A DNA stretch of 64,000 bases. It comes from Marinicella sp. (GTDB taxonomy: Bacteria > Pseudomonadota > Gammaproteobacteria > Xanthomonadales > Marinicellaceae). The stretch lies in contig OZ246001.1 of assembly GCA_965230295.1 (NCBI GenBank), positions 256,001 through 320,000 on the forward strand, written 5' to 3'. The position numbers were made by a program, and so were the translations under genes. Below the pieces are notes generated by a model. It was not told the DNA's origin. It saw nothing but the letters and a program-made list of their open reading frames with translations, and ran no database searches. Shown in pieces: positions 42,440 to 52,919 of the stretch (positions within the stretch are counted from its first letter, which is position 1; each line of letters starts with the position of its first letter).

Positions 42440-43063
42440 ATGACAACGCTCTCAACCAAGGAAAGAATACTCAACAGTACGGAAAGACTGATCGCTGAAA
42501 ATGGTTTTGCTGAACTGTCCATCAGAAAAATCAGCTTGCAAGCGCACACCAATTTAGCAGCCATTAATTACCATTTTGGCAACAAACAACAACTGATCAA
42601 TCAAGTGCTTGAACGGCGTTTAAATAACTTGTTTGAAGTCAGGAAGAAAATGTTGCAAGACCTGAATCAAGGTGACAACAAGATGACGTGTAACCTGGAG
42701 CAGATATTGCATGCATTCATTGCACCGGCTTTGTACATGATCAATGACGAACACCAAGGGGGTCGGGTGTTTATGAAAGTGTTGGCCAGAGCCTATGCCG
42801 AACAAAGTGATTCATTACATGACATGCTGGCCAAACGTTACACCCCCATTATCAAGGACTTTGCTGAGGCCATTCACTTGGCCTGTCCTGAATTACCACG
42901 TGAGACTATTTTCTGGCGGTTTCACTTCATCATTGGCGCCCTCACTTACACCATGGGCGATTTTGGTGCATCCAGTATGGCCAAACAAATGCCCGAAGCC
43001 GAGTATTTCAACAAATCTGTTCAAGAATTGATTCAATTTGCAGTGGCCTCTTTAACCGTATAA
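42440..43063 (+). CDS. psrA: TetR family regulator, PsrA-like (fatty acid degradation repressor)
   Basis: TNLAAINYHFGNK HTH, IFWRFHFIIGA; heads a beta-oxidation operon. Confidence 0.8.
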   Translation: MTTLSTKERILNSTERLIAENGFAELSIRKISLQAHTNLAAINYHFGNKQQLINQVLERRLNNLFEVRKKMLQDLNQGDNKMTCNLEQILHAFIAPALYMINDEHQGGRVFMKVLARAYAEQSDSLHDMLAKRYTPIIKDFAEAIHLACPELPRETIFWRFHFIIGALTYTMGDFGASSMAKQMPEAEYFNKSVQELIQFAVASLTV

Positions 43064-43071
43064 GCCGTTAA

Positions 43072-45405
43072 ATGACCCTGTATTTATTGACATTATTTTT
43101 ACTGACTTTAAGCCATGCTTATTACCGTCTGCCCTTTTGGCTGTTATCAATATTTTGGTTTTTCACCCCATTTGTTTTTTATAAATTACAATTGATAACC
43201 AACACCCAAGGCATCATCACTTTGTTTTTACTCTTGAATGTGATGATCATCGGCAACCTAAGATACATCAGACGCTTATTCTTCACACTGCCCTTATTGC
43301 GGATTTTTAACAGCAAAGACCGCATCAATTGGCAACAGTTTGAACAAATTGATGATGGTTGGTTGGTCACTCCTTTTGAGAAATCACTGTACAACGGGCA
43401 ACCCAACTTTAAATTCGCAGAAACCCCAGTCAGCAACATTTCAGAACGGGCGCAGAATTTTGCCGCACAGCTGCTGCAAAGCAAAAACACCGACATCATA
43501 AAGTTCAGGCAGTCAATCCAACCAGAAAACTATTTGGGCATGGCCATTGAAAGCAGCTATGGTGGTCAATCATTCAACCGGCATGAATTGGCTTATGTGG
43601 TCAGCCAAGTGTCACAACTAGATCCTTTGATGGCATCCTTGATCGGAATTGTGAATACTGAATCAGTGATCAGCATCATTCAAAACCATGGCACCAAGGA
43701 ACAGAAGAAACAATACTTGCCGCAGTTTACTGCCGGTAAAAAACAGCCATTTTTGAACACCACATTTCTATACGAACTGTTGGAAAATGGAAAGTCTTCG
43801 ATTGAAGGCCGTATTGACATTGAAAGTCATCAACAACAATCCGTGCATGGGATCAGACTCAGCTTCACAGACATCATCATGCTGGGAACACCAGAATCCT
43901 CAGTGTTTTATCTGGCAGTTAATCTGACTGATTTCGCCAATGAGTTGAGTGACCGTACCAAACTGGGCACAGCCATGTGCATATTGGATGCCCAAACAGA
44001 CCGCATAGAAATCAAGGAAGGTAATGAAGCTTACAAAGGCCTGTTTCGTTACTACAGCTGTTCTGCACAAGACATTTTTATTCCTCTGACTCAAATTGTT
44101 GGTGGTTTTAAAAATGTTGATCAGGGCATCAAACAAATGTATTTAAAGCAAGCCGCGGCTGCGAGCATTTGGCCCGCTGCTGTTTCGAAACCAATCCATG
44201 ACAGCACCACCTACATATCATGGTATTTTGCCCACATCAAAAAACAAAATTCCAGAGCCCTGTTGAATTATCGTTTGGTACAGAAACAATTGAATCGCCA
44301 GTTCAGTCACCGCCAGCGGTTACAAAATATCCAACAAATGGCATTGATCAATGGCGACAACATGTTGATGAGTTACTCCAATATTTTGTTCAAAAACTCT
44401 ATTTTCGACATCAGCTTGCATCAATTAACTTGGCTGCGAACGGTGTTGGGGTCACATGCCCATCACATCAAAAGTGAAAACAACCTGAATCAGTATTTTC
44501 GGGTCAAACACTTGAGCATGGAACTGGATGGAAACAGTCATGAAATCAATCAGTTACCACTGATGAAAAAGGTCGCTCTGTCTGCCCACCCCTGGTACAA
44601 CAAAGAGGTGGATGTACTGAACAAAACCCACATTGACAGCAAAAAGTTGGATTTCTATTTATTCAAACACTTTGGCTACATAGCCAACAATCTGGCAAAA
44701 ATATGGGTCCATGCTGTCAGAACATCATGGCTGGGACGATTTATCTGGCCAAAATCGAAACATCAAAATTTAATCCGCAGGATGAGCAGCACTTATGCTT
44801 TCATTGCCGATTTATCGTTAATCAAATGGTCTTTGAAAACAGAAAACAACACCGAATTCACTGGCTTTTTGGCCCAATGTAACCAACAGCTGATCATACA
44901 AATGGCGGTGCTCAGGCAGTATCAAAGGAATCACAATGATGACAACACCAAGTTCATCCTCAAACAATCTTTGCGTGACAGCTTTTTCATCAGCCAACAA
45001 ACCATCAACAAATGCATCAACAGTGCATTTTCCAGGTTCTCGGCATTGTTGTTAAAAATCATGGTATTTCCACTGGGAAAACCGTTTCACCAGGCCAGTT
45101 TTGCAGCGCCCAAGAATTTGAACTTGATTGAAAGCACCACAATCAATAATTTAGCCAAACACAACAGCGTACTGGCACAGATTGCCCAGGCATCTGAACA
45201 ACTCAGTCACGTCCAAAACATAGAAAATGCAGTGACCAATGCCACTGGCTTGGCTTTGACCACAAAAAACTACCAGGTTTTGATCGATCGAACCCTGGCC
45301 GCTGGCATCATCAGTGTAGAACAAGCCGAACAGATCAGGTCGGCCTACGATGCCATCCATAACTTAGAACTAATTAACCATTTCGGAAACAAGCATGAAG
45401 ACTAA
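43072..45405 (+). CDS. Degenerate FadE-like acyl-CoA dehydrogenase homolog (probable pseudoenzyme)
   Basis: N-terminal TMs, GTKEQKKQYLP, IFIPLTQIVGG, HPW, LFKHFG, VFPLG and DUF1974-like tail are kept; FAD and catalytic motifs are lost. Confidence 0.75.
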   Translation: MTLYLLTLFLLTLSHAYYRLPFWLLSIFWFFTPFVFYKLQLITNTQGIITLFLLLNVMIIGNLRYIRRLFFTLPLLRIFNSKDRINWQQFEQIDDGWLVTPFEKSLYNGQPNFKFAETPVSNISERAQNFAAQLLQSKNTDIIKFRQSIQPENYLGMAIESSYGGQSFNRHELAYVVSQVSQLDPLMASLIGIVNTESVISIIQNHGTKEQKKQYLPQFTAGKKQPFLNTTFLYELLENGKSSIEGRIDIESHQQQSVHGIRLSFTDIIMLGTPESSVFYLAVNLTDFANELSDRTKLGTAMCILDAQTDRIEIKEGNEAYKGLFRYYSCSAQDIFIPLTQIVGGFKNVDQGIKQMYLKQAAAASIWPAAVSKPIHDSTTYISWYFAHIKKQNSRALLNYRLVQKQLNRQFSHRQRLQNIQQMALINGDNMLMSYSNILFKNSIFDISLHQLTWLRTVLGSHAHHIKSENNLNQYFRVKHLSMELDGNSHEINQLPLMKKVALSAHPWYNKEVDVLNKTHIDSKKLDFYLFKHFGYIANNLAKIWVHAVRTSWLGRFIWPKSKHQNLIRRMSSTYAFIADLSLIKWSLKTENNTEFTGFLAQCNQQLIIQMAVLRQYQRNHNDDNTKFILKQSLRDSFFISQQTINKCINSAFSRFSALLLKIMVFPLGKPFHQASFAAPKNLNLIESTTINNLAKHNSVLAQIAQASEQLSHVQNIENAVTNATGLALTTKNYQVLIDRTLAAGIISVEQAEQIRSAYDAIHNLELINHFGNKHED

Positions 45406-47761
45406 AAACATCAAAAAAGTGGCCATCCTGGGCGCTGGTGTGATGGGCGCTCAAATTGCAGCCCATTTTGCCAATGCAGGGATACCGGCCATCCTATTTG
45501 ACCTGGCCGCCAAAGAAGGTCCAAAGAATGGCATTGTCAATAAAGCCTTAGCCACCTTGAAAAAATTGCGCCCTGCTCCATTGGGTGACAGCCAAGTGAT
45601 TTCACTGATTGAACCAGCCAATTATCAAGATGATCTGGAAAAACTAAAACAAGCTGATTTGATCATTGAAGCTGTGGCAGAGCGCATGGACATCAAAAAA
45701 TCAGTGTATGACATGGTTGAGGACTACATCAATGAGGACGCCATCTTTGCCACCAACACGTCCGGATTGAGCATCAATGAACTGGCCACCGTACTGCCCG
45801 CTTCATTACAAAGTAAATTTTGTGGCGTTCATTTCTTCAACCCACCTCGTTACATGCACTTGGTTGAAATCATTCCCACCAACAACACCAACCAACAAGT
45901 GGTCAGTGACTTGGAAGCCGTACTGACAACGGTGGTAGGTAAAGGCGTTATCATCGCCAAAGACACGCCCAACTTCATAGCCAATCGCATTGGCGTTTTC
46001 TCCATTGTCTCTACCATGCACCACGGCGCGCAATTTGGCATTCCTTTTGAAACCATCGATGCCTTGACTGGCGTGCTGATTGGCCGACCTAAATCCGCCA
46101 CTTTCAGAACCGCTGATGTGGTGGGATTAGACACCTTGGCCCACACCATCAACACCATGAAAAATGGTTTACCTGATGATCCGTGGCATGCCCATTTTGA
46201 GCAACCTGCGTGGATGTCTGCCCTGATCGAAAAAGGTGCTTTGGGACAGAAAACAGGTGCTGGCGTTTACATGAAAAAAGGCCGTGACATTTTGGTACTG
46301 GACACTGAAAAAGGTGAATACAGGGCTCAGCATGTAGAGATTGACCCACGCGTGATGGAAATCATGAAGAAAGGTAATCCACAAGATCGCTTGAGTGATT
46401 TACAAGCCTTAACAGATTCGCCACAAGCCCAATTTTTGTGGTCTATCTTCAGGGACCTGTTCCATTATTGTGTCACCCAATTGGAGCACATTGCTGATAC
46501 GGCACGTGACATTGACTTTGCCATTCGGTGGGGCTTTGGTTATGGTCAAGGACCTTTTGAAACTTGGCAAGCCTCCGGTTGGAACCGCATCGTTTCGTTG
46601 ATCGTTGATGACATTGATGCCGGTAAAACCATGGCTTCATCACCGATGCCTGGCTGGGTGATGAAAGTAGATGGCGCACACACAGCAGATGGCTCTTACT
46701 CTGCTGCAGAAGGCAGTTTCAAACCGCGATCAACCGCTCCGGTGTATCAACGTCAGGCGTTCCCTGAGCTGCTGATTTCAGAGCAAGCCGATTACGGCGA
46801 AACCATCTTTGAAGACGATGACATCCGTATTTGGCATCAAGGTGATGAGATTGCCATTGCCAGCTTCAAAACCAAGAAACACATCATCGCTGAAGGCGTA
46901 TTGAAAGGGCTGAGAAAAGCCGTGGCGATTGCTGAACAAGACTACAAAGGCCTGATCGTGTGGCAAACCGAAGAGCCCTTCACTTTAGGGGCTAACCTGG
47001 CCCCAGCAGCCATGGCCATTGCCGATGGTCAGGTGGCAGCTGTTGAGCAATCAGTTGACTTCTTCCAACAAACCTCACAAACCCTGCGCTTCAGTGCAGT
47101 GCCTACCATCATGGCGACTCGAGGCATGGCCTTGGGGGGTGGTTGTGAATTTTCCATGAGCGCGACATCAGTGGTCGCTGCCTTTGAAACTTATATTGGC
47201 TTGGTTGAAGCGGGCGTTGGTTTGTTACCCGCCGGTGGTGGTCTGAAAGAAATCGCCCGCCGCACGGCCAAAGAATCATTTGGTCATGACCTGTATCCCA
47301 TGCTGGAACACTACTTCAAGAAAGTGGCCATGGCTGCCGTTGCCGGCAGTGCATTGGAGGCCAAAGAGATTGGTTTCCTGAAAGCCGATACTGAAGTGGT
47401 GATGAACGCCAAAGAAATCCTGCACGTGGCTAAAGCCAAGATCAATTACCTGCATGACAAGGGCTATGTACCACCGGCCAATGAACAAGCGATTCGCGTG
47501 GCAGGTGAGCCAGGTATTGCCAACATGGAAATGATCCTGGCCAACATGATTGAAGGCAACATGGTTTCTGAACATGATTGTGAAATTGCTAAACGCATCG
47601 CCATCGTGATGTGTGGTGGTTATGTGGACGCCGATTCATTGGTCACCGAGCAATATTTACTCGATTTAGAGCGCAAATACTTTATGGAGTTGATCCAGAT
47701 GCCTAAGACCTTGGCGCGGATAGAACACACTTTGAAAACCGGTAAACCCTTAAGAAACTGA
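45395..47761 (+). CDS. 3-hydroxyacyl-CoA dehydrogenase/enoyl-CoA hydratase (FadN-type domain order)
   Basis: GAGVMG, TNTSGL, HFFNPPRYM, then crotonase GGGCE, GLVEAGVGLLPAGGG. Confidence 0.92.
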   Translation: MKTKNIKKVAILGAGVMGAQIAAHFANAGIPAILFDLAAKEGPKNGIVNKALATLKKLRPAPLGDSQVISLIEPANYQDDLEKLKQADLIIEAVAERMDIKKSVYDMVEDYINEDAIFATNTSGLSINELATVLPASLQSKFCGVHFFNPPRYMHLVEIIPTNNTNQQVVSDLEAVLTTVVGKGVIIAKDTPNFIANRIGVFSIVSTMHHGAQFGIPFETIDALTGVLIGRPKSATFRTADVVGLDTLAHTINTMKNGLPDDPWHAHFEQPAWMSALIEKGALGQKTGAGVYMKKGRDILVLDTEKGEYRAQHVEIDPRVMEIMKKGNPQDRLSDLQALTDSPQAQFLWSIFRDLFHYCVTQLEHIADTARDIDFAIRWGFGYGQGPFETWQASGWNRIVSLIVDDIDAGKTMASSPMPGWVMKVDGAHTADGSYSAAEGSFKPRSTAPVYQRQAFPELLISEQADYGETIFEDDDIRIWHQGDEIAIASFKTKKHIIAEGVLKGLRKAVAIAEQDYKGLIVWQTEEPFTLGANLAPAAMAIADGQVAAVEQSVDFFQQTSQTLRFSAVPTIMATRGMALGGGCEFSMSATSVVAAFETYIGLVEAGVGLLPAGGGLKEIARRTAKESFGHDLYPMLEHYFKKVAMAAVAGSALEAKEIGFLKADTEVVMNAKEILHVAKAKINYLHDKGYVPPANEQAIRVAGEPGIANMEMILANMIEGNMVSEHDCEIAKRIAIVMCGGYVDADSLVTEQYLLDLERKYFMELIQMPKTLARIEHTLKTGKPLRN

Positions 47762-47774
47762 TAGGAGAATTAAC

Positions 47775-48974
47775 ATGAAACCAGTATATATAGTAGAAGC
47801 TGTCAGAACGCCTATCGGTAAAGCACCCAGAGGCATGTTCAACAAAACCCGCCCTGATGACCTTTTGGCCAGGTGTTTGTCAGAAATCATGGGTCGCAAC
47901 CCTTCCTTTGATCCAGCAACCATCGGTGATGTGGTGATTGGCTGTGCCATGCCAGAAGCCGAACAAGGCATGAACGTGGCACGCATCGCCGCCCTGCTCG
48001 CAGGCTTACCGGAAAGCGTGCCAGCCATGACCATCAACCGTTTTTGTTCTTCGGGGATTCAAGCCGTGGCCATCGCTGCCCAGCAAATTGCCACCGGACA
48101 AATGGATGCAGCCATCGCAGGCGGCACCGAAAGCATGAGCATGGTACCCATGATGGGTCACAAAGTGGCGATGAACCCGGCGGTGTTCGATGATGCCTGT
48201 GAAGTAGACAATGCCGTAGCAATTGCCTATGGTATGGGCATCACGGCAGAAAAAGTGGCCGAACAATGGCAAGCCTCACGTGAAGACCAAGACCGCTTTG
48301 CGGTGGAGTCACACAACCGTGCCATCAACGCCATCCAGAACGGTCATTTCAATGATGAAATCATCCCATATGAAATCACCAGCAAAAAGCCGGATTTCAA
48401 TAATGCTGGCAACATCATTTCCAAGCGCACTGTTGACACCGACGAAGGCCCAAGGCCAGGATCTTCGGAAGAAGTGTTGAACAAGTTGCGCCCCGTGTTC
48501 CGCATGGGTGGCTCTGTCACAGCCGGTAATTCATCGCAAATGTCAGATGGTGCCGGTGCCTTGTTATTGGTGAATGAAGAAGTGCTGAAGCGTGACAACT
48601 TGACACCCATTGCCATGTTCCATGGTTTTTCAGTGGCTGGTGTGCCACCTGAAATCATGGGTATCGGCCCAATCAAAGCGATTCCTAAGGTATTGAGCCT
48701 GACCGGCATCAAACAAGATGATTTGGATTGGATCGAGCTGAACGAAGCCTTTGCTGCGCAATCGCTGGCAGTGATTGGGGAGTTGGGTTTGAACCCAGAA
48801 AAAGTCAACCCCAATGGCGGTGCGATTGCTTTGGGTCATCCCTTGGGTGCCACGGGCGCCTGTCGAGCAGCCACGGCCATTCACGGCCTGCGCCGCACTG
48901 GCGGGAAATACGGCATGGTCACCATGTGTATTGGTACCGGTATGGGCGCAGCCGGTGTGATCGAAGCTTTATAA
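47775..48974 (+). CDS. fadA: Acetyl-CoA C-acyltransferase (thiolase)
   Basis: NRFCSSG, NEAFA, GHPLGATG, MCIGTGMG. Confidence 0.9.
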   Translation: MKPVYIVEAVRTPIGKAPRGMFNKTRPDDLLARCLSEIMGRNPSFDPATIGDVVIGCAMPEAEQGMNVARIAALLAGLPESVPAMTINRFCSSGIQAVAIAAQQIATGQMDAAIAGGTESMSMVPMMGHKVAMNPAVFDDACEVDNAVAIAYGMGITAEKVAEQWQASREDQDRFAVESHNRAINAIQNGHFNDEIIPYEITSKKPDFNNAGNIISKRTVDTDEGPRPGSSEEVLNKLRPVFRMGGSVTAGNSSQMSDGAGALLLVNEEVLKRDNLTPIAMFHGFSVAGVPPEIMGIGPIKAIPKVLSLTGIKQDDLDWIELNEAFAAQSLAVIGELGLNPEKVNPNGGAIALGHPLGATGACRAATAIHGLRRTGGKYGMVTMCIGTGMGAAGVIEAL

Positions 48975-48995
48975 CTCGATCTCCAACAAGTCTTG

Positions 48996-49022
48996 AAAAG
49001 GCCGCAACAAGCGGCCTTTTTT
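48996..49022 (+). terminator. Terminator of the psrA-fad operon
   Basis: AAAAGGCCGC-AACAA-GCGGCCTTTTTT. Confidence 0.88.
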
Positions 49023-49037
49023 GTTATGATCTTCAGC

Positions 49038-49691
49038 ATGAAAAGCTTGCTCATTATATTGTTCGTCATTGTGTCATTGCCTTTATTGGCTCAGATTGAA
49101 GACGGGCCTTCATTCAACCCAATGGAAATTGATCATTTGGAGCCCATTTCAAGTTACGGCTGGGTTGGCTTTGACTCTGAAATAATCACAGACAGTGACT
49201 TTTTGAATAAGGATGATTTTGTGATCTCACAACATTACCAACATTCTCACTGTGAATCTAATTTCATGATCTCTTTATTGGGGTCCAACAGCAATCGGGC
49301 ATCATTCAAAATTGCTTATACTTTTGCGACAAAGCCACTCAACAAAGCAAGGAAAAGACACATCAAAACAATACACAGGGCCGTATCATTGGAGACATCA
49401 AGTTTGATTCAAAATATGTATGAATTGGTCTTGATCAATACACGTTATTCCCCCAATGCGGATAATGTTTGGCTGCTGGATTGTGCAAACACACATCATT
49501 TTCATGGTCATGGTCCCAAATATAGGCCCATGTATGGAGGCACTGTGAGCCCCAGATCAGGTACACCCCCAGATTGGCTGATCCAGGCATCAAACCACAT
49601 GATTGCTTTTGTCAAAGAAGAAATTGATGAAATAAAATTAGCTTACCTGATCAATCAAGCAAAAAAATCAATTGGACGCTACAACAAATAA
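49038..49691 (+). CDS. Hypothetical exported protein
   Basis: Signal peptide MKSLLIILFVIVSLPLLA; start moved past the terminator. Confidence 0.7.
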   Translation: MKSLLIILFVIVSLPLLAQIEDGPSFNPMEIDHLEPISSYGWVGFDSEIITDSDFLNKDDFVISQHYQHSHCESNFMISLLGSNSNRASFKIAYTFATKPLNKARKRHIKTIHRAVSLETSSLIQNMYELVLINTRYSPNADNVWLLDCANTHHFHGHGPKYRPMYGGTVSPRSGTPPDWLIQASNHMIAFVKEEIDEIKLAYLINQAKKSIGRYNK

Positions 49692-49770
49692 AATATTGTT
49701 GATATTAATTGCACTTTTTAACACATTGGACTCATAATGATTGTTTTATAAGGAAATTTTGAGGTGCAAC

Positions 49771-51627
49771 ATGACTCAAGCCATCAATGACAATCAAATC
49801 AACAACCACATCACCAACGTCGCGCCTGACCTGCCGGATATTCGGGATTGGGTTTATCAACCGGCATTGGTTAACCTTAAAAGTCGTCTGGATCCACCAC
49901 GTAACTTACACATATTGGATCAGAAAACCGAAGCGGCTTGCACCGGTTTTGCCTTGGCAGCGGTGATCAACTACCTCAACCAACAGCGCGGTGAAGATGA
50001 CAAAAAAGTCTCCATGCGCATGCTCTATGAAATGGCTAAACGGCATGATGAATGGGAAGGTGAGGCCTATTCAGGGTCATCTTGTCGTGGTGCCATCAAA
50101 GGCTGGTACAACATGGGCGTAGCCGAGGAGTCATTCTGGTCATATGAAGCCAATAAGCCTGGGAATTACAGCGTCGATGCGGCCAAAGATGCCCGCTCCA
50201 ACACCGTAGGTGCCTACTACCGCTTGAATCATCGAGTTTCTGATTTTCATGCGGCATTGAATGAAGCCGGGGTGATTTATTGTTCAGCTCGGGTGCACCA
50301 AGGTTGGTCGCAAGAACACGTGAAAGACGGCATCATTAATGACAACAATGCTTTTGCCGGCAGTCATGCCTTTGCCATAGTTGGTTATGACGACCAAGGC
50401 TTTTGGGTACAAAACTCTTGGGGTGAAAGCTGGGGAAAAGATGGCTTAGCGATATGGACTTATGAAGACTGGCAGAAAAACATCCAAGATGCCTGGGTCT
50501 TGAGGCTGGCCCTGGAAACACCACAAATCTGGCATTTGGACCCAAAAAATCAAGCTTCCTATGCCTCAAAAATCATGAGCAGCAAAAAACCTAACCGGGC
50601 TGAATTGGCAGGTCATTTCGTCCACATTGATGATGGCAAATTTCATGATTCGGGTAAGTATTGGTCTAATCTGGATGACGTTAAAATCACCACCAACTTA
50701 TTGAAAGACTCCAAAGATTATGATCACATCCTGTTTTATGCCCACGGGGGCCTGAACAGCCCAGATGCCTCGGCCAAACGCATCAAGAGCATGAAAGAAG
50801 TGTTCAAAGACAACCGCATCTATCCGTATCATTTCATGTATGACACGGGCTTGAAGGAAGAGCTGAAGGACTTGATTTTCCGCAAGAAAGACCCGGTCGA
50901 AGACCGTGCTGGCGGGGTGACCGATGCCACTGACTGGTTGTTAGAGAAGATCACCCGCATCCCTGGACGGGCTTTTTGGCGCGAGATGAAAAGTGGCGCC
51001 AGGCTGCCATTCAACAAACCCGGTGCTGGCACTCAGGTATTGGAGCAGTTTGTAAAAGCCATACAACACAACAACCAAACCAGAGCTGCTGACAAACCCA
51101 TCAAACTCCATGTCATCGGTCACAGCACCGGTGCAATCTTATTGGGATGGTTGATGAACCGCATGAGTCAGTTACCCAGCAGCCAAAGGATCAGGGTCAA
51201 TACTGCGGCTTTAATGGCTCCTGCTGCCAGCATTGATTTTTATGCAGACCATTACCACGAAAGCCTGAAATCCCAAACCAAGACATACGGTATCGATGAA
51301 CTGTTCATTTATAACTTGAGTAAAAAACTAGAAAAAGACGACAGCGTGGGCCCTTACCGCAAATCGTTGTTATTTCTGGTTTCAAGGGCTTTTGAAGAAA
51401 AGAAAAAAACCCCTATTTTGGGCATGGAAAAATACGCCGGTAAGGTGCCCACTCACAACAAACTCAAACGCATCATTTCAGATGGGATCAATGGCAATGA
51501 AAACCTCAGCTGGAGTGAAACCCACGGAGGCTTTGACAACGATGTGCGCACCATGAACAGCTTGTTGAAGAATATCCTGAAAAAGCAACCCAAACGCTTA
51601 TTCACAGAATCCGATTTGGACTATTAA
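49771..51627 (+). CDS. Papain-like (C1) cysteine peptidase fused to an alpha/beta-hydrolase-like domain
   Basis: DQKTEAACTGFA, GSHAFAIVGY, QNSWG; C-terminal YAHGGLN, HVIGHSTGA, HGGFDND. Confidence 0.85.
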   Translation: MTQAINDNQINNHITNVAPDLPDIRDWVYQPALVNLKSRLDPPRNLHILDQKTEAACTGFALAAVINYLNQQRGEDDKKVSMRMLYEMAKRHDEWEGEAYSGSSCRGAIKGWYNMGVAEESFWSYEANKPGNYSVDAAKDARSNTVGAYYRLNHRVSDFHAALNEAGVIYCSARVHQGWSQEHVKDGIINDNNAFAGSHAFAIVGYDDQGFWVQNSWGESWGKDGLAIWTYEDWQKNIQDAWVLRLALETPQIWHLDPKNQASYASKIMSSKKPNRAELAGHFVHIDDGKFHDSGKYWSNLDDVKITTNLLKDSKDYDHILFYAHGGLNSPDASAKRIKSMKEVFKDNRIYPYHFMYDTGLKEELKDLIFRKKDPVEDRAGGVTDATDWLLEKITRIPGRAFWREMKSGARLPFNKPGAGTQVLEQFVKAIQHNNQTRAADKPIKLHVIGHSTGAILLGWLMNRMSQLPSSQRIRVNTAALMAPAASIDFYADHYHESLKSQTKTYGIDELFIYNLSKKLEKDDSVGPYRKSLLFLVSRAFEEKKKTPILGMEKYAGKVPTHNKLKRIISDGINGNENLSWSETHGGFDNDVRTMNSLLKNILKKQPKRLFTESDLDY

Positions 51628-51667
51628 AAAAAGGAGGCCTGATGATCACCATGATCATTGGCCTCCT
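51628..51667 (-). terminator. Terminator of amt
   Basis: AAAAAGGAGGCC...GGCCTCCT hairpin between convergent genes. Confidence 0.7.
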
Positions 51668-51689
51668 GGACAGGACAAAAATAGTTAGG

Positions 51690-52919
51690 TCAGCTGTTGG
51701 TGAACTCTGGGTACGCCTCCATACCACATTCTGACATATCCACCCCTTCATATTCTTCTTCGGCTGTGACTCGGATACCAATGGTTTTTTTCAACAAAAA
51801 CCACACCACTGCACTGGTCACAAAAACCCAGATGAATATAGTCAACGCCCCAATGAGTTGACCGCTGAGTTTCACTTCAGCATTGGTCAAAGGCACCAAC
51901 ATCAAACCCAAAAAACCCACCACACCATGAACAGATATGGCCCCCACAGGATCATCCAGCTTTAATTTATCGAACATGATCACCGAGAGCACCACCAGCA
52001 CGCCACCCAAAGCACCGAACAGTGTAGCCAATGCGGGTGTTGGGGTTGAGGGTTCTGCTGTGATCGCCACCAATCCGGCCAATGCGCCATTGAGCGTCAT
52101 GGTCAAATCGGCTTTCCCAAACAACAACTTGGCAGTGACCAATGCGGCAATCAACCCCCCTGCCGCTGCCGCATTGGTGTTCATGAACACCACAGCAACG
52201 GCATTGGCGTTCTCGACCGAAGCCGTTGCCAAGACTGAGCCACCATTGAACCCAAACCACCCCATCCAGAGGATGAACGTGCCCAGTGTAGCCAAGGGTA
52301 AATTGGCACCAGGAATGGCTTTGACATGACCGTTGGCATCGTATTTACCAGCTCTGGGGCCTAACAACATCACTCCACTCAAAGCAGCAGCGGCGCCTGC
52401 CATATGGACAATGCCAGAACCGGCAAAGTCAGAAAAACCCAAGCCTTTGAGTGTGTACAGACCAAATACCGGACCTTCACCCCATGTCCAATACCCTTCA
52501 AGCGGGTAAATAAATCCTGTCAACACCACGGCAAAAACCAAAAAGGCCATCAGTTTCATCCGCTCTGCCACCGCCCCTGAAACAATGGACATGGCTGTGG
52601 CCACAAACACCACTTGGAAAAAGAAATCAGCCGATGGCGCATAAGTGTTTTCAGCCGCCACACCATCCCCTGTTATACCAGTGAGTAAGGCGTCACCCAA
52701 ATCTGGATACATGATGGCATAGCCAATCAGCATATACATGGTGCAAGATACGGCGAACAAAGCGACGTTTTTGGTCAAGATTTCGGTGGTGTTCTTTGAA
52801 CGCACCAAGCCAGCTTCCAACATAGAGAAGCCAGCGGCCATCCACATGACAAAGGCACCACAAATTAAAAAGTAAAACGTATCTAAAGCGTATTGAAGTT
52901 CGAATATTTGGTTTTCCAT
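51690..52919 (-). CDS. amt: Ammonium transporter
   Basis: DFAGSGIVH, WFGFNGGS, DDPVGAISVHG; ATG 52919 after GAGGAG. Confidence 0.95.
   Translation of the reverse strand: MENQIFELQYALDTFYFLICGAFVMWMAAGFSMLEAGLVRSKNTTEILTKNVALFAVSCTMYMLIGYAIMYPDLGDALLTGITGDGVAAENTYAPSADFFFQVVFVATAMSIVSGAVAERMKLMAFLVFAVVLTGFIYPLEGYWTWGEGPVFGLYTLKGLGFSDFAGSGIVHMAGAAAALSGVMLLGPRAGKYDANGHVKAIPGANLPLATLGTFILWMGWFGFNGGSVLATASVENANAVAVVFMNTNAAAAGGLIAALVTAKLLFGKADLTMTLNGALAGLVAITAEPSTPTPALATLFGALGGVLVVLSVIMFDKLKLDDPVGAISVHGVVGFLGLMLVPLTNAEVKLSGQLIGALTIFIWVFVTSAVVWFLLKKTIGIRVTAEEEYEGVDMSECGMEAYPEFTNS

Noticed and set aside
43072-45405. Calling the FadE homolog a pseudogene
   Set aside because: Frame is intact and full length with tight coupling to neighbours; treated as a possible pseudoenzyme instead
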